This document shows, piece after piece, positions 1 through 3,000 of a DNA stretch of 3,000 nucleotides (position 1 is its first letter; every line of letters begins with the position of its first letter). A program made the translations under genes and the position numbers. Origin of the DNA: Escherichia coli (GTDB lineage: Bacteria > Pseudomonadota > Gammaproteobacteria > Enterobacterales > Enterobacteriaceae); the NCBI RefSeq assembly GCF_003334385.1, contig NZ_QOWN01000097.1. One strand, written 5' to 3'. The notes under the pieces were generated by a model. It was not told the DNA's origin. It saw only the letters and a program-made list of their open reading frames with translations, and searched no databases.

Positions 1-3000
1 ACGCTGGCGCGGCTGTGGGGGGCGCTGCCGCCGGATATCCGGTTAAGCCCGCATCTTTACCTGGCGACCAACAGCGCACAGGGGCCGTGGTGGATACTGG
101 GGTGGTCTGAGCGGGTGCCGGGTGCTGAGGACGTACTGCCAGCGCCGCTGCCGCCGTACCGGGTGCTTACCGGGATGGCGGACCGCTTCGGGCGGACGCT
201 GACGTACCGGCGTGAGGCCGCCGGTGACCTGGCCGGGGAAATCACCGGCGTGACGGACGGTGCCGGGCGGGAGTTCCGTCTGGTGCTGACCACGCAGGCG
301 CAGCGTGCGGAAGAGGCCCGCACCTCTTCGCTATCTTCTTCTGACAGTTCCCGCCCTCTCTCAGCCTCAGCGTTCCCCGACACACTGCCCGGTACCGAAT
401 ACGGCCCCGACAGGGGTATCCGCCTTTCGGCGGTGTGGCTGATGCACGACCCGGCATACCCGGAGAGCCTGCCCGCTGCGCCACTGGTGCGGTACACGTA
501 TACGGAAGCCGGTGAACTGCTGGCGGTATATGACCGCAGCAATACGCAGGTGCGCGCTTTCACGTATGACGCGCAGCACCCGGGCCGGATGGTGGCGCAC
601 CGTTACGCGGGAAGGCCGGAGATGCGCTACCGCTACGACGATACGGGGCGGGTGGTGGAGCAACTGAACCCGGCAGGGTTAAGCTACCGCTATCTTTATG
701 AGCAGGACCGCATCACCGTCACCGACAGCCTGAACCGGCGTGAGGTGCTGCATACAGAAGGCGGGGCCGGGCTGAAACGGGTGGTGAAAAAAGAACTGGC
801 GGACGGCAGCGTCACGCGCAGCGGGTATGACGCGGCAGGAAGGCTCACGGCGCAGACGGACGCGGCGGGACGGAGGACAGAGTACGGTCTGAATGTGGTG
901 TCCGGCGATATCACGGACATCACCACACCGGACGGGCGGGAGACGAAATTTTACTATAACGACGGGAACCAGCTGACGGCGGTGGTGTACCCGGACGGGC
1001 TGGAGAGCCGCCGGGAATATGATGAACCGGGCAGGCTGGTATCGGAGACATCGCGCAGCGGGGAGACAGTACGCTACCGCTACGATGACGCGCACAGTGA
1101 GTTACCGGCGACGACAACGGATGCGACGGGCAGCACCCGGCAGATGACGTGGAGCCGCTACGGGCAGTTGCTGGCGTTCACTGACTGCTCGGGCTACCAG
1201 ACCCGCTATGAATACGACCGCTTCGGCCAGATGACGGCGGTCCACCGCGAGGAAGGCATCAGCCTTTACCGCCGCTATGACAACCGTGGCCGGTTAACCT
1301 CGGTGAAAGACGCACAGGGCCGTGAAACGCGGTATGAATACAACGCCGCAGGCGACCTGACTGCCGTTATCACCCCGGACGGCAACCGGAGCGAGACACA
1401 GTACGATGCGTGGGGAAAGGCGGTCAGCACCACGCAGGGCGGGCTGACGCGCAGTATGGAGTACGATGCTGCCGGACGTGTCATCAGCCTGACCAACGAG
1501 AACGGCAGCCACAGCGTCTTCAGTTACGATGCGCTGGACCGGCTGGTACAGCAGGGCGGCTTTGACGGGCGGACGCAACGTTATCATTATGACCTGACCG
1601 GAAAACTCACACAGAGTGAGGATGAGGGACTTGTCATCCTCTGGTACTACGATGAATCGGACCGTATCACTCACCGCACGGTGAACGGCGAACCGGCAGA
1701 GCAGTGGCAGTATGATGGCCACGGCTGGCTGACAGACATCAGCCACCTGAGCGAAGGCCACCGTGTTGCCGTCCACTATGGCTATGACGATAAAGGCCGC
1801 CTGACCGGCGAATGCCAGACGGTGGAGAACCCGGAGACGGGGGAACTGCTGTGGCAGCATGAGACGAAACACGCATACAACGAGCAGGGGCTGGCAAACC
1901 GCGTCACGCCGGACAGCCTGCCGCCGGTGGAGTGGCTGACGTATGGCAGCGGTTACCTGGCGGGAATGAAGCTGGGCGGGACGCCGCTGGTCGAGTATAC
2001 GCGGGACAGGCTGCACCGTGAGACGGTGCGCAGCTTCGGCAGCATGGCAGGCAGTAATGCCGCATACGAACTGACCAGCACATACACCCCCGCAGGCCAG
2101 TTACAGAGCCAGCACCTGAACAGCCTGGTATATGACCGTGACTACGGGTGGAGTGACAACGGCGACCTGGTGCGCATCAGCGGCCCGCGACAGACGCGGG
2201 AATACGGCTACAGCGCCACGGGCAGGCTGGAGAGTGTGCGCACCCTCGCACCAGACCTGGACATCCGCATCCCGTATGCCACGGACCCGGCGGGCAACCG
2301 GCTGCCGGACCCGGAGCTGCACCCGGACAGTACACTCACAGTGTGGCCGGATAACCGCATCGCGGAGGATGCGCACTATGTCTACCGCCACGATGAATAC
2401 GGCAGGCTGACGGAGAAGACGGACCGCATCCCGGCGGGTGTGATACGGACGGACGACGAGCGGACCCACCACTACCACTACGACAGCCAGCACCGCCTGG
2501 TGTTCTACACGCGGATACAGCATGGCGAGCCACTGGTCGAGAGCCGCTACCTCTACGACCCGCTGGGACGGCGAATGGCAAAACGGGTCTGGCGGCGGGA
2601 GCGTGACCTGACGGGGTGGATGTCGCTGTCGCGTAAACCGGAGGTGACGTGGTATGGCTGGGACGGAGACAGGCTGACGACGGTGCAGACTGACACCACA
2701 CGTATCCAGACGGTATACGAGCCGGGAAGCTTCACGCCGCTCATCCGGGTCGAGACAGAGAACGGCGAGCGGGAAAAAGCGCAGCGGCGCAGCCTGGCAG
2801 AGACGCTCCAGCAGGAAGGGAGTGAGAACGGCCACGGCGTGGTGTTCCCGGCTGAACTGGTGCGGCTGCTGGACAGGCTGGAGGAAGAAATCCGGGCAGA
2901 CCGCGTGAGCAGTGAAAGCCGGGCGTGGCTTGCGCAGTGCGGGCTGACGGTGGAGCAACTGGCCAGACAGGTGGAGCCGGAATACACACCGGCGCGAAAA
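1..3000 (+). CDS. Rhs family protein (RHS/YD-repeat polymorphic toxin core), internal fragment; both the start and the stop lie outside the window
   Basis: Frame +1 is uninterrupted by stop codons for all 1000 codons (my manual translation, line by line). The translation carries many copies of the Rhs/YD motif (Y-x-Y-D-x-x-G-R-L/V), e.g. [13 protein letters not shown] (nt 625-663), [12 protein letters not shown] (1207-1242), [13 protein letters not shown] (1267-1305), [10 protein letters not shown] (1582-1611), [12 protein letters not shown] (1777-1812), [14 protein letters not shown] (2377-2418), [12 protein letters not shown] (2548-2583). The window starts [20 protein letters not shown] and ends ...[15 protein letters not shown], with [26 protein letters not shown] at 2737-2814. 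GC content is high with GC-rich third positions, as known for Rhs cores. Paralog (rhsA/B/C/D-like) cannot be determined from the core alone, so the gene symbol is left empty. Confidence 0.95.
490..2694 (+). repeat. YD-repeat (RHS repeat) array at the protein level within the Rhs CDS; about 25-28 degenerate units of roughly 20-25 residues, not a nucleotide tandem repeat
   Basis: Recurring Y-x-Y-D / YD-x-x-G-R-L motifs in frame +1, at approximately aa 164-178, 189, 209-221, 229-238, 276-286, 318-326, 340-346, 359-362, 403-414, 423-435, 445-453, 468-473, 488-496, 509-516, 528-537, 549-556, 571-577, 593-604, 709-726, 735-745, 793-806, 825-836, 850-861 and 885-898. Unit boundaries are approximate and read by eye. 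Confidence 0.75.

Noticed and set aside
17-22. G6 homopolymer run (also A6 at 787-792 and A5 near 2773-2777) as possible phase-variation slippage sites
   Set aside because: Runs of 5-6 nt are too short to be credible contingency-locus tracts and occur by chance in 3 kb. They are in frame and encode ordinary residues (W-G-A; K-K).
1-489. Treating the first about 160 codons as a separate upstream gene
   Set aside because: There is no stop codon between this region and the YD-repeat region in frame +1, and no intergenic gap. It is the pre-repeat N-terminal portion of the same Rhs protein.
57-1117. Cluster of minus-strand ORFs (57..563, 242..484, 367..663, 679..1095, 696..926, 920..1117)
   Set aside because: They overlap each other in several frames and all lie inside the + strand Rhs frame, so they cannot all be real. 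None carries a recognisable domain signature, whereas frame +1 does.
1294-2016. 240-aa minus-strand ORF, plus 1275..1496
   Set aside because: Same reasoning: antisense to the YD-repeat coding frame, no start context or ribosome-binding site visible, and composition typical of a GC-rich antisense artefact.
2132-2410. 92-aa + strand ORF in frame +2
   Set aside because: It is out of frame with the continuous frame +1 that carries the YD motifs, and its translation is Thr/Arg/Ala-rich nonsense. It is an overlapping alternative frame, not a gene.
2101-2958. 285-aa minus-strand ORF from the six-frame track, plus overlapping minus-strand ORFs 2336..2701, 2553..2987 and 2741..2989
   Set aside because: It is entirely antisense to the stop-free frame +1 Rhs coding sequence. 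Its translation is Arg/Pro/Ala/Val-rich low-complexity sequence typical of the reverse strand of GC-rich genes, with no recognisable motifs. Long antisense ORFs are expected here by chance because the sense codon bias depletes reverse-strand stops.
1-3000. Nucleotide-level tandem repeats, a CRISPR array, IS/transposon ends, tRNA/rRNA, promoters or terminators
   Set aside because: No regularly spaced identical direct repeats with unique spacers, no terminal inverted repeats, no AT-rich intergenic stretch with -35/-10-like spacing, and no stem-loop followed by a T-run were found. The window is continuous coding sequence, and the repetition is at the peptide level and degenerate.

Overview
The entire 3000-nt window is the internal part of one very large gene on the + strand: reading frame +1 (codons 1-3, 4-6, ...) runs through all 1000 codons without a stop and is open at both window edges. 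Its translation is an Rhs-family (rearrangement hot spot / YD-repeat) polymorphic-toxin core protein, with about 25-28 degenerate YD-repeat units. From memory it closely resembles the Escherichia coli RhsA/B/C-type core, but I cannot assign a paralog or verify this without a search. The supplied ORF track misses this gene because the frame has no stop inside the window; every ORF it lists is an overlapping out-of-frame or antisense artefact of the GC-rich coding sequence. I see no RNA genes, CRISPR arrays, IS elements or intergenic regulatory DNA. Nothing in this window looks undescribed: it is the conserved core of a known toxin family, and any novel cargo (C-terminal toxin tip, immunity gene, orphan modules) would lie downstream of position 3000, outside what I can see.
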